From a bacterium (lineage in GTDB: Bacteria > Krumholzibacteriota > Krumholzibacteriia > G020349025), in NCBI GenBank assembly GCA_031362565.1, contig JANLSU010000106.1:32001-96000 (forward strand): a DNA stretch of 64,000 bases. The letters run 5' to 3'. A program made the translations under genes and the position numbers. Below are positions 20,470 through 31,274 of this stretch, piece by piece (within the stretch, counting starts at the first letter, position 1; the number at the start of each line of letters is the position of its first letter). The notes below the pieces were generated by a model that was given only the letters and a program-made list of their open reading frames with translations, searched no databases and was not told where the DNA came from.

Positions 20470-20507
20470 AAAAAGGGCAGGCCCCGCGCGTGCAGCACGC
20501 GCGGGGC
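20470..20507 (-). terminator. Intrinsic terminator-like hairpin
   Basis: Perfect 12-bp stem GCCCCGCGCGTG/CACGCGCGGGGC followed on the minus strand by CTGCCC-TTTTT. Confidence 0.55.
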
Positions 20508-20790
20508 GATCGGAGCGCGACAGGCCGAGGAACCCCGGAAGGCTGCGCAAGCGCCCGGGACGAGGTGGGTGGCGTCGTGCAAGCCCTTTGGGAAGGGCGC
20601 GACGCCGAGGAGAACGGACCGAGCAGCGAACCGCTCGAAGGCCCAGAGACGCAATGCCGATGCCAGGCCGGAGCCGCGCTCCTGCATGCCCTGGCGCATC
20701 ACCCGGCAGCGAATGGCGAGCGCATCGACAACCGTGCAGCCGGTGTAGCGCAACCATTGTTGTCGGGTCCGTGCAAGCGCGACCTGCTCT

Positions 20791-21957
20791 TCACGCCGCC
20801 CGCAACGACTCCGCAATGCGCTTGCGCGACGCGCGCCAGGCCGGCAGAAATCCGCCGATGGCCCCCATCACGACCGCGAAGAGGAGCCCGAGGCCCATGA
20901 TTGCGGGCGTCACCCGGAAAGCGAAGGCGAGTTCGCTGAAGCTCGCCCAGTTGGTGGTGCCGGTCGAGGTGCCGTTGACGATGAAGCCCAGCAGGCACCC
21001 CAGGACGCCGCCCGCGATCGACAACAGCACTGACTCGACGACGAACGCCACCAGCACGCTCCAGCGCGAGAACCCGAGCGCCAACAGAGTGCCGATTTCA
21101 CGCGTCCGCGCGTTGACGGCCGCGAACATCGTATTGAGTGCCCCCGCCATCGCACCAAAGGACATGAGCACCGCGATCACGACGCCAATCCCGCGGATGA
21201 ACGACGTGAAACCGCTGGACTGGGCTTCGTAGTACGCCAGTTCGCTCTGCACTTTCAGATTGAGGCGCGGATCGGCGCCGATACGGGTTTCGAGTGCCGC
21301 CAAGTCGGCCGCACTCCGCAACTGCACCGTCATCGATTGATAGCCGTCGCGTTCGAAGGCGGGAATCATAGTTTCCACGTCGCCCCAGATTTCAGATTCG
21401 AAGCCGGAGCCGCCGGTCGCGAATTGCCCGACGATTTCCCAGTCCTGGTTTGCGAAGTGCAGTTTTTGACCGACGCCGCAATTGCGCAGCCGGCCTCCGA
21501 GCGGCGCTCCGACCATGATCTCGGTCGTGCCGGGGGCGAAACGCCGGCCGGTGACGAGTTGAAGTTCGGGCCGCATCTCGAACACCGCCTGCGACACCCC
21601 ACGCACCGAAACATTGGCCGGCGACCCGTCGGACGCCTTCGGCAGGTTGGCGATGATGACGAGCTCCGGACTTGCAAGTGGCCGCCCATCGGTGCCCGGG
21701 AGGATTTCGGGCATGACCCGCACGATGTCGGCCACCTCACGGCTCACCGAACTCTGCACTTCGGACGTGGCGCCGCCGCGCATGAGAAGGGCCCGGTCGG
21801 GCCGGCCGGTACCGACTAATGCCCCCCGGAAACCCTGTCCCAACGCCAGAACCCAGATCATCACCATGACGACGAGCGCGATGCCGAGTGCCGCCAATAG
21901 ATTGGAGGCGCGCCGCACCGTCAGGTTGCGGATGTTGTAACTGACTGGCAAAGCCAC
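20791..21957 (-). CDS. ABC transporter permease (MacB/FtsX type)
   Basis: N-terminal TM, periplasmic domain, RTREIGTLLALGF, C-terminal PAWRA. Confidence 0.92.
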   Translation of the reverse strand: MALPVSYNIRNLTVRRASNLLAALGIALVVMVMIWVLALGQGFRGALVGTGRPDRALLMRGGATSEVQSSVSREVADIVRVMPEILPGTDGRPLASPELVIIANLPKASDGSPANVSVRGVSQAVFEMRPELQLVTGRRFAPGTTEIMVGAPLGGRLRNCGVGQKLHFANQDWEIVGQFATGGSGFESEIWGDVETMIPAFERDGYQSMTVQLRSAADLAALETRIGADPRLNLKVQSELAYYEAQSSGFTSFIRGIGVVIAVLMSFGAMAGALNTMFAAVNARTREIGTLLALGFSRWSVLVAFVVESVLLSIAGGVLGCLLGFIVNGTSTGTTNWASFSELAFAFRVTPAIMGLGLLFAVVMGAIGGFLPAWRASRKRIAESLRAA

Positions 21958-21969
21958 CTGAATGCCTCC

Positions 21970-23109
21970 TCAGGCCGAACGCAGCGCGTCAACGACCCGC
22001 AGCCGCGCCGCTGAAATCGCCGGCACAATGCCACTCACGAGCCCCATCAAAGCTGCGATCACGAGCCCAATCACCAGCGTCTGCGGTTTGACGATAAAGT
22101 TCGCAAAAACTCCCCCGCCGAAGGACATGAGCTTGAAAACGAGCTTGGCGCCAATGCAGCCGGCGAAGCCGCCCAAGAGTGCGATGCACGTCGATTCGGC
22201 GAGGACGAGCTTCAGGATGAGGTCGTCCGGGAACCCGAGCGTCTTCAGCACCGCGATCTCGCGAATTCGTTCCCGGGCCGCCATGATCATGGTGTTGATC
22301 GCGACCAGCATGAAACCCGCCAGGACAAAAATGGAAATTATTCGGACGCCCTGTTTGACGTTGCCCATCATGGTCACGAAGCCGAGCTGAAACGCCTTCT
22401 CGGTTTCAGTCCGGGTTTCAAAGGCGCTGTTCGCGAAGACTTGGTCGACGGCGGCGCTGGTGGCGGCCGCTTCGTTCGGGTCGGCGAGTCTTACGATGTA
22501 CACGCCGACATTGCCCTTGCGCTCGCTCCGCTCGTCCAAGTACTTCCACTGGAAGTACAGCACGTTGGTGTCGACGTCCGGCGACTTCGGGCGGAAAATG
22601 CCACGCACCGTGAATGTCCAGTCGCCGGGATAGATCGTGCCACGATATGTGACGTTGTCGCCGACTTTCCACTTGTACTGCTTCGCCAGGCGTTCACCGA
22701 TGATGCACGAGGTGCGTTCTTGTTGAAAAGCCGCCACTTCCTCCGGCGTTAGCAGGTATTCGGGATACATCTCGAAAAAAGTGCTGGCGTCGACGGCGAA
22801 CTGCGAGGACCAGCCACGCTCGTCCGCCGGATTGACGCCGCCGAACCAGTTCATGTATGTGACTGCCGTGATCCCGTCCATCTGGCGCAGCCGGTCGAAA
22901 TACGACAACGGCAACGGGAAAATCAACGAGGTCGAACGCCGCACGACGACCCGCGCCGCGTCGGTGACATCCACCGAGGCGTCGAGCGAGGTCACGATGG
23001 TGCGGAGCATGGAGAACAAGAAAAGTGCCAGCGCCGTTGAAAGCACCGTGAGAGTCGTGCGGAGCTTGCTCCGCCGCATGTTACTGAACACCAGCCGCAG
23101 GTACTTCAC
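21970..23109 (-). CDS. ABC transporter permease (MacB/FtsX type)
   Basis: [32 protein letters not shown]. Confidence 0.92.
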   Translation of the reverse strand: MKYLRLVFSNMRRSKLRTTLTVLSTALALFLFSMLRTIVTSLDASVDVTDAARVVVRRSTSLIFPLPLSYFDRLRQMDGITAVTYMNWFGGVNPADERGWSSQFAVDASTFFEMYPEYLLTPEEVAAFQQERTSCIIGERLAKQYKWKVGDNVTYRGTIYPGDWTFTVRGIFRPKSPDVDTNVLYFQWKYLDERSERKGNVGVYIVRLADPNEAAATSAAVDQVFANSAFETRTETEKAFQLGFVTMMGNVKQGVRIISIFVLAGFMLVAINTMIMAARERIREIAVLKTLGFPDDLILKLVLAESTCIALLGGFAGCIGAKLVFKLMSFGGGVFANFIVKPQTLVIGLVIAALMGLVSGIVPAISAARLRVVDALRSA

Positions 23110-23116
23110 GATACCG

Positions 23117-23809
23117 TCACCTCGCTCCGGTGGCGCGCGTTTCGCTCAGGGCACCCTTGTCCAGGTGCACCACCCGGTGGGCGCGCTCGGCCGCATGCGG
23201 GTCGTGCGTGACCATGATGACGGTCTTGCCGTGTTCTTGGTTGAGCCGTTGTAGAAGCGTCAGGATTTCCGCCGCCGACGCCGCGTCCAAGTCGCCGGTG
23301 GGCTCGTCCGCCAAGATCAGGGTCGGGTCGCTGACGATGGCGCGCGCGATGGCGACGCGTTGCTCCTGCCCGCCGGAGAGCTGGCGCGGGTAGTGCTTGA
23401 TGCGATCCGCGAGGCCGACGAGTTGCAGCGCCGCCAGCACATGTTCGCGCCGCGCGCGCGACTTGAGCGGCGTCAAGAGCAGTGGCAGCTCGACGTTTTG
23501 GTACGCGGTCAGCACCGGAATCAAATTGTAGAGCTGGAAAATGAAGCCGATATGCTCGGCGCGCCAACGCGCCAAGCCGCCACCGCCGAGCGTCGCGATG
23601 TCCTTCCCGGCCACCACCAAGCGCCCCGAGGTCGGCTTGTCGATGCCGCCCAGCAGGTTGAGGAGCGTCGACTTGCCGGAGCCCGACGGCCCCATGAGCG
23701 CCAGGAACTCGCCTTGATCGATCTCCATGTTCAATTGATCGAGCACCGGAATCTCGAGTTTGTCCCGGTGGTAGACCTTGCAAAGATTTTGGATCTGCAC
23801 GAGGGACAC
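23117..23809 (-). CDS. ABC transporter ATP-binding protein (LolD/MacB-like)
   Basis: [29 protein letters not shown]. Confidence 0.96.
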   Translation of the reverse strand: MSLVQIQNLCKVYHRDKLEIPVLDQLNMEIDQGEFLALMGPSGSGKSTLLNLLGGIDKPTSGRLVVAGKDIATLGGGGLARWRAEHIGFIFQLYNLIPVLTAYQNVELPLLLTPLKSRARREHVLAALQLVGLADRIKHYPRQLSGGQEQRVAIARAIVSDPTLILADEPTGDLDAASAAEILTLLQRLNQEHGKTVIMVTHDPHAAERAHRVVHLDKGALSETRATGAR

Positions 23810-23856
23810 TCACGACCTCCGAAGGCAAGAAGTGCCGGCGGCGGAGAATACGCCGT

Positions 23857-25134
23857 TCAGCGCGATTCCGGGAGACTCACCTTGAGGCCGTCTCGGAGGG
23901 GCCGGGCGGCACGCACCGCGACGGTTTCGCCCCCTACGAGCCCCTTCGCCACTTGGACCCGCCCGTTAACGCCCGCGCCCAATTCCACCGTGCGGCGCTC
24001 GATGCGGCCTTCGGGTCCGACCAGCCACACGAACGTCTCCGCGCCCGCGTGTTGAATCGCATTGTCGGCGAGGGTCGGCCCGCGGCGCTCGACCGACGCG
24101 GCCGCCGTCGTCCCGGCGGCCAGAAATGTGACCTTGGCGCCCATGTCCGGCAGAAGCCGTGAGTCGGGAGCGAGGATTTCGGCTTTCACGAGCACCGTCG
24201 CCTTTTGGCGGTCCGACGTCGGCACGATCTGGCGCACCCGCGCCGCGAATGACGTGTCGGGATAGGCGTCGGTGGTGACGCGCGCCGGCTGGCCGAGCTT
24301 GAGGCGTCCGATATAGGCCTCGTTGACGTCGACTTCGACGTCCAGCGAATCGAGATCGGCAATCGTCACGATGGCGCCGCGGCTGCCGCTGCCACCCAAC
24401 GACACGGTCGAGACCATTTCGCCGACTTCGGCATTCTTGCGCAGCACGGTGCCGGTGAAAGGCGCCCGGATTTGCGCCTTGGCGAGTTCGGCGCGCGCCA
24501 GATCCAGGTCGGCGTGCGCTGCCGTCAGCTGCTCGGTGGCGGTCGCGATGCGCGCCACGATCACATCCCGCCGCGCCTGGGCGCCGTCGAAGGCCGCCTG
24601 GGTGCCCAGCCCACGTTCGAGAAGCGTTTTCTGGCGGCCGAGCTCGTTTTCGGCGTCGGTGCGCTCGGCGCGCGCTTCCTCGATGGCAGCGGTCCGCACC
24701 CCGATCTGCGACTGCGCGGTCGCGACCCGGGCGCGAAGATCCGAACTCGCGAGTTCGGCGATGAGTTCACCGCGCTCGACGCGGCTGCCTTCCTCGACCA
24801 GAAGCCGCTGCAGGCGTCCGGTGATCTCGGCGCTGACGGCGGCGCTGCGCCGCGCCTGCACATAGCCGTTGGCGGTCAATTCGTCGCGGCCGCCGCTCGC
24901 GACCGCCGGCCGCAGCACGACTGCCGTCTCCAAGAGGCGCACGCGCATGCCGGGCAACAAACCGGCTCGGGCTCGCAAGAACAGTCCGGCGCCGGCCAGA
25001 ATCAGAATCGGCACGACGATCACGAGCCAGCGGCGCACCGAGGGCCCGCGCACGGGATCACGATCGATGCGCAAGCGGCCGAGATCGGCCTCGCTCGACC
25101 GCGGGACACTGCCGCCTTCGACCGGATTCGACAT
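23857..25134 (-). CDS. Membrane-fusion (periplasmic adaptor) protein, MacA-like
   Basis: TM anchor, lipoyl-like halves (VEEG.RV; IRAPFTG), coiled-coil hairpin, LLPDM. Confidence 0.92.
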   Translation of the reverse strand: MSNPVEGGSVPRSSEADLGRLRIDRDPVRGPSVRRWLVIVVPILILAGAGLFLRARAGLLPGMRVRLLETAVVLRPAVASGGRDELTANGYVQARRSAAVSAEITGRLQRLLVEEGSRVERGELIAELASSDLRARVATAQSQIGVRTAAIEEARAERTDAENELGRQKTLLERGLGTQAAFDGAQARRDVIVARIATATEQLTAAHADLDLARAELAKAQIRAPFTGTVLRKNAEVGEMVSTVSLGGSGSRGAIVTIADLDSLDVEVDVNEAYIGRLKLGQPARVTTDAYPDTSFAARVRQIVPTSDRQKATVLVKAEILAPDSRLLPDMGAKVTFLAAGTTAAASVERRGPTLADNAIQHAGAETFVWLVGPEGRIERRTVELGAGVNGRVQVAKGLVGGETVAVRAARPLRDGLKVSLPESR

Positions 25135-25186
25135 GCTTCGAGCCGCCCTTCATTTCGCCGGCGCCATCGCTGTGGCACCCTGCGGT

Positions 25187-26521
25187 TCAGTGCACTTTGT
25201 ACGCACTGCCACCGATGAACTCGCGCAACACCGAGGTCGTCGGCACGACATCGTCGGCGGCCGGCAGCACGGCGTCCAAGAGGCTGCGAATACGCTCGGC
25301 CCGCGCCAACGCATCGGTGCAGCGCGGATCCTGGCGCCAGGCCGCGATCCATGCCGGGAAGTGGTGCGCCAGATGTTTCTTCAAGATACAGAGTTCGTAG
25401 GGCAATGCGCCGTTCACCACCGCGTCGGCGCGGCCGACATGTGGAATGATGTGCTTCAACTCACCGCGCCGCACATAGTGCCAATGGAGCAGAGTCTTTT
25501 CGGGATCGTAGTTGCGGTGCGCGGCATCGCGCAGCATGCGCCGGAGCAGCCGGATGTCGGTCCACCGCACCCAGCGTCCGGCGTCGTCCCGCAATTGAAG
25601 TACGGTTTCGATGTAGAGGCGGAACTTCACGTCCTCGGTGACGCTCGCCGACAAGCCGTCGTAGAGGCCGTGCAGTGTGTCGAGCAGCAGGACTTGCCCC
25701 GGTCGCAGTTGAAGCGGCACTCGGGTCTCGAGCCGGCGGCCCAGTTTGAAATCGTACACCGGCATCGGAACCTCGCGGCCGGCGAGCAGCATCGCCAAGT
25801 GCTCGTTGACGAGCGGCAAGTCGAGCGCTTCGGGTGTTTCGAAGTCGTAGTCGCCGTGGTCGTCGCGTGGATGCATGCGCAGGTCGAAGAAATAGTTGTC
25901 CAAATTGAGTGGCACGACATCGAGGCCTGCCGCCTGCAGCTTCTCCGATACCTTGCAGGTGGCGGTCGTTTTGCCGGACGACGATGGCCCGGCGATGATG
26001 ACGAGGCGCACCCGGTCGCGCGCCGCGAGAATAGCGCGCGCCGCGTCGGCGACGTCTTCGTCGTAGGCCGCTTCCGCCGCTGCCACCAGCGCTCCGAAGG
26101 TCCCATCCGTCACGTGGCGGTTGAGCCCGGCCACCGTGTGGACGTCGTGATCCAAGTTCCACAGCAAGGCCCGCCAGAGCGCCTTGTACGGCACGTCGTC
26201 GCGCCCCGTGGAACGCCCGCCCTTGGCGAGCCGCAGCCGGGCGCGTTCGTTGCGATACAGGATGTACGCCTTGGCGGTCCGGGCGTGGCCGTTGGCGATG
26301 AGCACCTTTTCGACGCCGTCCTGGATCTCCTCGACGCTCGGCGTGCCGCTCGATGCTGCAACGGTCCGCAGCACTTCGTCGGCAAGACGTTCCGAGAGCG
26401 GCCGGTCGTGGCCGCCGACCGCGGCCGCCGCCTTGTAGATCGCATTCACGACTTTGACGCGATCGAACGCCACGACTGTGCCGTTGCGCTTGATCACTTG
26501 TCGAATGGCAACGTCCGTCAC
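25187..26521 (-). CDS. ATP-cone domain + uridine kinase/phosphoribulokinase-family P-loop protein
   Basis: VIKRNG..VAFD..KV..AI, VEEIQD.VEKVL...AKAYILYR (ATP cone); IAGPSSSGKTT, LDNYF, DFETPEALD, RLLRRMLRD. Confidence 0.88.
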   Translation of the reverse strand: MTDVAIRQVIKRNGTVVAFDRVKVVNAIYKAAAAVGGHDRPLSERLADEVLRTVAASSGTPSVEEIQDGVEKVLIANGHARTAKAYILYRNERARLRLAKGGRSTGRDDVPYKALWRALLWNLDHDVHTVAGLNRHVTDGTFGALVAAAEAAYDEDVADAARAILAARDRVRLVIIAGPSSSGKTTATCKVSEKLQAAGLDVVPLNLDNYFFDLRMHPRDDHGDYDFETPEALDLPLVNEHLAMLLAGREVPMPVYDFKLGRRLETRVPLQLRPGQVLLLDTLHGLYDGLSASVTEDVKFRLYIETVLQLRDDAGRWVRWTDIRLLRRMLRDAAHRNYDPEKTLLHWHYVRRGELKHIIPHVGRADAVVNGALPYELCILKKHLAHHFPAWIAAWRQDPRCTDALARAERIRSLLDAVLPAADDVVPTTSVLREFIGGSAYKVH

Positions 26522-26606
26522 GCGACACCTCTTGAGAGGATGCAAGGCAGCGACAAACGGAGTCTGGCAGGTTCGCGGCGCCTTGGGCGGTGCGGGCGCT
26601 GGTCCG

Positions 26607-27512
26607 TCAACCCACGCCCGGCGCGTCGAAACCGACGAAGTTCACATCGGCATACGCGTCGCAGCGCGAACACAAGTGCAGCAAGTCCCGCCGGCCGCGG
26701 TTCAAGAGCTCGCGCATCGACGCCAAGACCGGTCCGTTCCAAATGTCGAGAACGCTTTCCTTCTTCACGTCGCCGATCAAGCCGCGCCCGGCGCTGTCCC
26801 AGCAGCAGAGCGGCGCCGTGCCGTCCGTGTAGAAGAACATTTCGTCCAGGATCTTCAAGCAGGGCTTTTGGACCGGCTTCTCCTGGCCTTCCCAAGGCCA
26901 GCGGTACAACGGCACGATGAGCACCGCATCGACGCGCGGCGTCCAGTAATCACGATAGGCGGCATGCTCGTGCTTGTTCTCCGGCATGTCGATCATCCGG
27001 ACTTCGACATAGCAGCGGTAATTGCCGGCATCGCGGATCTCGACGAAGCGATTGACGTTGCGAACGACGGCGTCGTAGTCGACACCCGGCCGTGCCGGTT
27101 CGTACGTTTCGCGAGAGAAACCATCGACGCTGAAGCGTGCGACGTCGAGCCCGGCATCCAGGACTTCCTTGGCGCGTTTCTCGGTCAAAAGCCCGGCGTT
27201 CGAGTTGATCTCGGTCACCGCCGTCGAGTCCTGCTTGATGTAACCGAGGATCTCGGTCAAGCGCCGCTCGGAAAGCGGTTCGTTGATGAGGAACGGCCGG
27301 TAGGTGATGCCGAGGCCGCGCGTTTCGTCGACGATCTTGCGCCAGATCCAGTCCTCCATGAACTTCGGTCCGCGCTCCATGTGGGAGTACGGGCAGAACG
27401 GGCACTTGGCATTGCACGCCAGATTCGTTTCGATCTGGATGTTCTTCGGGACCTCGGTGTAGTGCATCTCGCGGACGGTGCCGTCCGGCGCCATCAGGCG
27501 GGGATTGCTCAT
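26607..27512 (-). CDS. Radical SAM protein with SPASM/twitch domain
   Basis: CNAKCPFC; C-terminal PC...DG.APLCCWD...IG...IWNG...CSRC; GAGGAG RBS. Confidence 0.92.
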   Translation of the reverse strand: MSNPRLMAPDGTVREMHYTEVPKNIQIETNLACNAKCPFCPYSHMERGPKFMEDWIWRKIVDETRGLGITYRPFLINEPLSERRLTEILGYIKQDSTAVTEINSNAGLLTEKRAKEVLDAGLDVARFSVDGFSRETYEPARPGVDYDAVVRNVNRFVEIRDAGNYRCYVEVRMIDMPENKHEHAAYRDYWTPRVDAVLIVPLYRWPWEGQEKPVQKPCLKILDEMFFYTDGTAPLCCWDSAGRGLIGDVKKESVLDIWNGPVLASMRELLNRGRRDLLHLCSRCDAYADVNFVGFDAPGVG

Positions 27513-27528
27513 CGGGTCTCCTCGGGCT

Positions 27529-28806
27529 CTAACGGCCCAGGTAGCGTTCGAGGTGCTGGACACATCGCTCGGAGGCGCCCAAGTCGGCTTCGACGACGGC
27601 GCGGGCCCGTTGTCCGGCGGCGCGGCAGGCGTCCGCGTCGGCGCGGAGCGCGATCAACGCGGCGCCGAGATCGGCCCGCGACCGTACCACGGTGCCGGCG
27701 TTGGCGTCGAGCAGGCGCGCCGCCTCCGGCGCGTTGTGGTGCCGGGGCCCGAACAGCACCGGCAGCCCCATGATGGCCGGCTCGAGGACGTTGTGGACGC
27801 CGGTCGTGAAGGCGCCGCCGACGTATGCCACCGTACCCATTTCATACAGCTCGGCGAGGATCCCGACGCGGTCGACGAGAATCACGCCAGGTGTATCCAT
27901 TCCAATGGTTTCCAGCTCTGAGTAACGACACGACTTGAACCCGGCGGCGGCGAGCGCCCGCTCGAGCGGCACGAGGTGCGCGGCGGTGGGTTCGTGCGGC
28001 ACGAGAACGAGCCGTGACGCTGGATCCCCGCCGGCGGCGTCATGCCATGCCGGCACGAGGAGCGCCTCGTCGGGGCCCCAAGTCGAGCCCGCGACGAGCG
28101 TCCAGGGCCGCGGTTCGGTCCGGAGTGCGGGCGCAATGCTGGTGCGTTGGGCCGCGCGCCGCCGCCGCACGACCTGATCGGAGCGCGAATCGCCGTCGAC
28201 GACGATCGCCGGGTGCAGGGGGACGAGGGCTCGGAAACGCCCGGCGTCGGCTTCCGACACGGCGCTGATGAGATCGATCTGGGCGTAGATCTCGCGGTAG
28301 AGCGCCCGCGCCGGCCAACGCGAGCGCCAGGACCGCGGCCGAAGTGTCGCGTCGAAGAGCAGCACGGGGATCGACCGGCGGCGGGCGGCCGCAATCGCGT
28401 TCGGCCACAGATCGAATTTCATGAACACGAGCACGAGCGGCCGCACCGCGTCCAAGACGGCAGCCATTGCCGCGGGAGTGTCCTCGGGCAAGTAATCGAA
28501 GTGCTCGGCTTCACCCAGGCGCTTCGCATACTCGAAACCGGAGGGCGAGAAGAACGTGTGCAAAATCGCCAGATCGGGATGCCGGGCGCGCAGCAGCGAG
28601 GTAATCGGCCGGGCCTGTTCGTATTCGCCAACCGACGTCGAATGAAACCACACCGTGCGCCCCGCATGCGCGGCGCCGAACGCCGCCAGGCGCGCCCCGA
28701 CGCCGCGGCGGCCGGCGAGTCCGGCGCGCAACTTGGAGCGCCGCGCGGCGGCCAAACGGGCTCCCGCGCGCGCCACCGGCAGCAGTGTGTTGTACGCCCA
28801 GAGCAT
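27529..28806 (-). CDS. waaA: 3-deoxy-D-manno-octulosonic acid (Kdo) transferase
   Basis: WFHSTSVGE, YLP.D, DLWPN, AGSTW, VPHEP, YVGG.F..GVHNVLEPA. Confidence 0.92.
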   Translation of the reverse strand: MLWAYNTLLPVARAGARLAAARRSKLRAGLAGRRGVGARLAAFGAAHAGRTVWFHSTSVGEYEQARPITSLLRARHPDLAILHTFFSPSGFEYAKRLGEAEHFDYLPEDTPAAMAAVLDAVRPLVLVFMKFDLWPNAIAAARRRSIPVLLFDATLRPRSWRSRWPARALYREIYAQIDLISAVSEADAGRFRALVPLHPAIVVDGDSRSDQVVRRRRAAQRTSIAPALRTEPRPWTLVAGSTWGPDEALLVPAWHDAAGGDPASRLVLVPHEPTAAHLVPLERALAAAGFKSCRYSELETIGMDTPGVILVDRVGILAELYEMGTVAYVGGAFTTGVHNVLEPAIMGLPVLFGPRHHNAPEAARLLDANAGTVVRSRADLGAALIALRADADACRAAGQRARAVVEADLGASERCVQHLERYLGR

Positions 28807-28807
28807 G

Positions 28808-29875
28808 CTAGGACTCCGTTCGCGGTGCGTTCGGCGGTGCGACGCGCGCCAGCACTTTTTCGACGGCGGCGACGACCGCATCGACGCTGATGTTTTCCAT
28901 GCATTCGTGCGTTGGACGCATGCAGGGCCGGCTGCCGTTCTTCGAACAGGGCGAGCAGGACGGCGGATCCCGCAGCAGCACGCTCTCCGGCCGGTACGGC
29001 GCGTAGCCGAATTGCGGTGACGTGGGTCCAAAGATCGCCACCACGGGCCTCCCGACCGCTTCGGCAATGTGCAAGAGGCCGCTATCGTTGACGACGGCGA
29101 CATGGCAACGCGCCAGCACGGCGGCCGTCGTCAGCAAGTCGAGCGATCCGGCGAGCGGGACGGCGCGTCCGGGTGCGCCGAGCGCCACGACGCTTGCGAG
29201 GCTGCGTTCCGCCGCTCCGCCGAGAACCAAGACACGGTGCGCCGGGTCGCGGCTCAAGCGCTCGACGAGCGTCGCAAAGCGCTCGGCAGGCCAGCACTTG
29301 CTCGGCCAACGTGCCCCCGGTACGACGGCGATGCAGCGTTCGCCGGCTCGCACTCCGGCGGCGGTGAGTGCGGCGTCCGCCAAAAGGTGCGCGCTCGGCG
29401 CGACGACGAGTCGCGTGTCGGAGAGTGCCGGCCGGAGGCCGAGCCGCACGAGCGGCGTCAGCATGCGAGCCCGCAGCGAGCGCGCGCCGCCGAAGTGCGC
29501 ATACAAATCACGGTGCAGGGCGACCAGAATCGCGCGCGGCACCGTCTGCTTGTCGAACCCGGAACGCAAACGGCGCCGCAATCCGGCCGTCAGCACCCGC
29601 GAGCGGACGCTGGCGTGCAGATCGAAGACGTGCGCCCACGGTGTACGCGCCAGTTCCGACGCCAGCCCGAGGAGTCCGAAGAGGCCCAAGCGGCGCCGCA
29701 CCGCGACGACGCGTTCGACGCCCGGCAATGCCAGCGCGACTTCGGCCAAGTCTTCACGGACGACGAAAGTGACTCGTGACTCCGGCCACACCGACGACAG
29801 GCTGTCCAAGAAAGCCGACGTGAGGACGACGTCGCCGAGCGACGAGAGCCGCAACACCAGAACCGCACCGTTCAC
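28808..29875 (-). CDS. waaF: GT9 LPS heptosyltransferase (WaaF-like)
   Basis: LRLSSLGDVVL, PGARWPSKCW, NDSGLLHIAEA, IFGPT. Confidence 0.85.
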   Translation of the reverse strand: MNGAVLVLRLSSLGDVVLTSAFLDSLSSVWPESRVTFVVREDLAEVALALPGVERVVAVRRRLGLFGLLGLASELARTPWAHVFDLHASVRSRVLTAGLRRRLRSGFDKQTVPRAILVALHRDLYAHFGGARSLRARMLTPLVRLGLRPALSDTRLVVAPSAHLLADAALTAAGVRAGERCIAVVPGARWPSKCWPAERFATLVERLSRDPAHRVLVLGGAAERSLASVVALGAPGRAVPLAGSLDLLTTAAVLARCHVAVVNDSGLLHIAEAVGRPVVAIFGPTSPQFGYAPYRPESVLLRDPPSCSPCSKNGSRPCMRPTHECMENISVDAVVAAVEKVLARVAPPNAPRTES

Positions 29876-30011
29876 CCGAGACCCCCATTCAGGGTTCGGC
29901 ATCGTACCAGACGGAAACCGCGGGCGAGACGGATGGCGGGGGGGGTGCCGCCGGCGGCAAGGCCACGGCGCGGCGCGAAGGTGCTAGGATCCCGCCCGAG
30001 GTGACGGTGGG

Positions 30012-31274
30012 GTGTCCGCAGTTCGCTTCCTGATGTTGCTCGCGCTCTTGGGCTGTTCCGCTTTCTTCTCGGCGTCGGAAACGGCGCTTTTTTCGCTGCG
30101 TCCCAATCAACTCGACCACCTGCGCTCGCAACGCTTACGTGCGGCGCGCGCCGTCCTGGCTTTGCTCGAGCATCCGCGGCGGCTGTTGGTGACGGTTCTC
30201 GTCGGCAACACGACCGTCAACTTGCTCCTGTCCGTGCTCGCAACTGGCGCCTTCGTGAGTTGGCTGGGCGAGGAACGGGGCCTGCTCGTCGCCACGGTCG
30301 GCGTCACCATCGTGGTACTCGTGTTGGGTGAGATCGGGCCCAAGACGATGGCGGTCGGCCGCCCGGTGGGGGTGGCGTTGCGGCTCGCGGTGCCGCTTGC
30401 CGCCGTGCACGCGACGTTGTCGCCGGTCACCCGCGGCCTGGCGCGGCTCGCCGAACTGGCGAGTCATTTCGTCGCCCGGCGGGTGAAGCCGCGCGAAGCG
30501 GCGCTCAACGAAGACGAGATCAAGATGCTCGTCACCATGGGTTGGGAACAGGGCATCGTCGGGGTGCGCGAGAAGGAATTCATCCACAACGTTTTCGAAC
30601 TCGACGACCGGCAGGTCAAAGAAATCCTGACGCCGCGGTCGCGTGTCTTCGCCATCGATATCGAAGCGCCGGTGGCGGCGGTGCGGAGCGCGGTTCGGCG
30701 CGCCGGATTCGCGCGCGTGCCGGTCTTTGCCGAGACGCCGGAAAACCTCGTCGGCTATGTCGAGACGACGGATCTTTTGTGGGGCCGCGACGAACCCGAC
30801 CCGCGGCGTGTCGCCGACCTGCGGCGCGAGCTGCCGTTCTATCCCGAAACCAAGGGTGTCGGTGAGCTCCTGGCCGACATGCGCCGCACCGGACCCGAAA
30901 TCGCCGCGGTCGTCGACGAGCATGGCGACTTTGCCGGTGTCGTCTCGATGGAAGATGCGATCGAGCAGATCATCGGCGAAGTGTTCGACTTGCACGACCT
31001 CGACCGGTTGCGGTTCACCGGCTTGCCGGATGGCGATGTGCTCGTGGTGGCGCCAATGGAGCTGGCGGTGTTCAACGAACTTCTGGGAGTCCGGCTGCAC
31101 GACGGCGAGGCGAAGACCATCGGCGGTTTCGTGCTGAATCGATTGGGGCGCATTCCGCTCCGCGGTGAAACCTTGGAGACGCACGGCCTGCGACTGACCG
31201 TCGAGCAAGCGACTCCGAACCGTGTCATCCAATTGCGGGTCAAAAAACTGCCGCCGGCACCGGAGCGGCGATGA
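30012..31274 (+). CDS. CNNM/DUF21 + CBS + CorC_HlyC hemolysin-family transporter
   Basis: SAFFSASETALFS, LVGNT, GEIGPK, VVDEHG..G..SMED.IEQIIGE, TIGG. Confidence 0.93.
   Translation: MSAVRFLMLLALLGCSAFFSASETALFSLRPNQLDHLRSQRLRAARAVLALLEHPRRLLVTVLVGNTTVNLLLSVLATGAFVSWLGEERGLLVATVGVTIVVLVLGEIGPKTMAVGRPVGVALRLAVPLAAVHATLSPVTRGLARLAELASHFVARRVKPREAALNEDEIKMLVTMGWEQGIVGVREKEFIHNVFELDDRQVKEILTPRSRVFAIDIEAPVAAVRSAVRRAGFARVPVFAETPENLVGYVETTDLLWGRDEPDPRRVADLRRELPFYPETKGVGELLADMRRTGPEIAAVVDEHGDFAGVVSMEDAIEQIIGEVFDLHDLDRLRFTGLPDGDVLVVAPMELAVFNELLGVRLHDGEAKTIGGFVLNRLGRIPLRGETLETHGLRLTVEQATPNRVIQLRVKKLPPAPERR

Noticed and set aside
26607..27512. RiPP cluster around the radical SAM/SPASM gene
   Set aside because: No precursor peptide or RRE/PqqD domain seen
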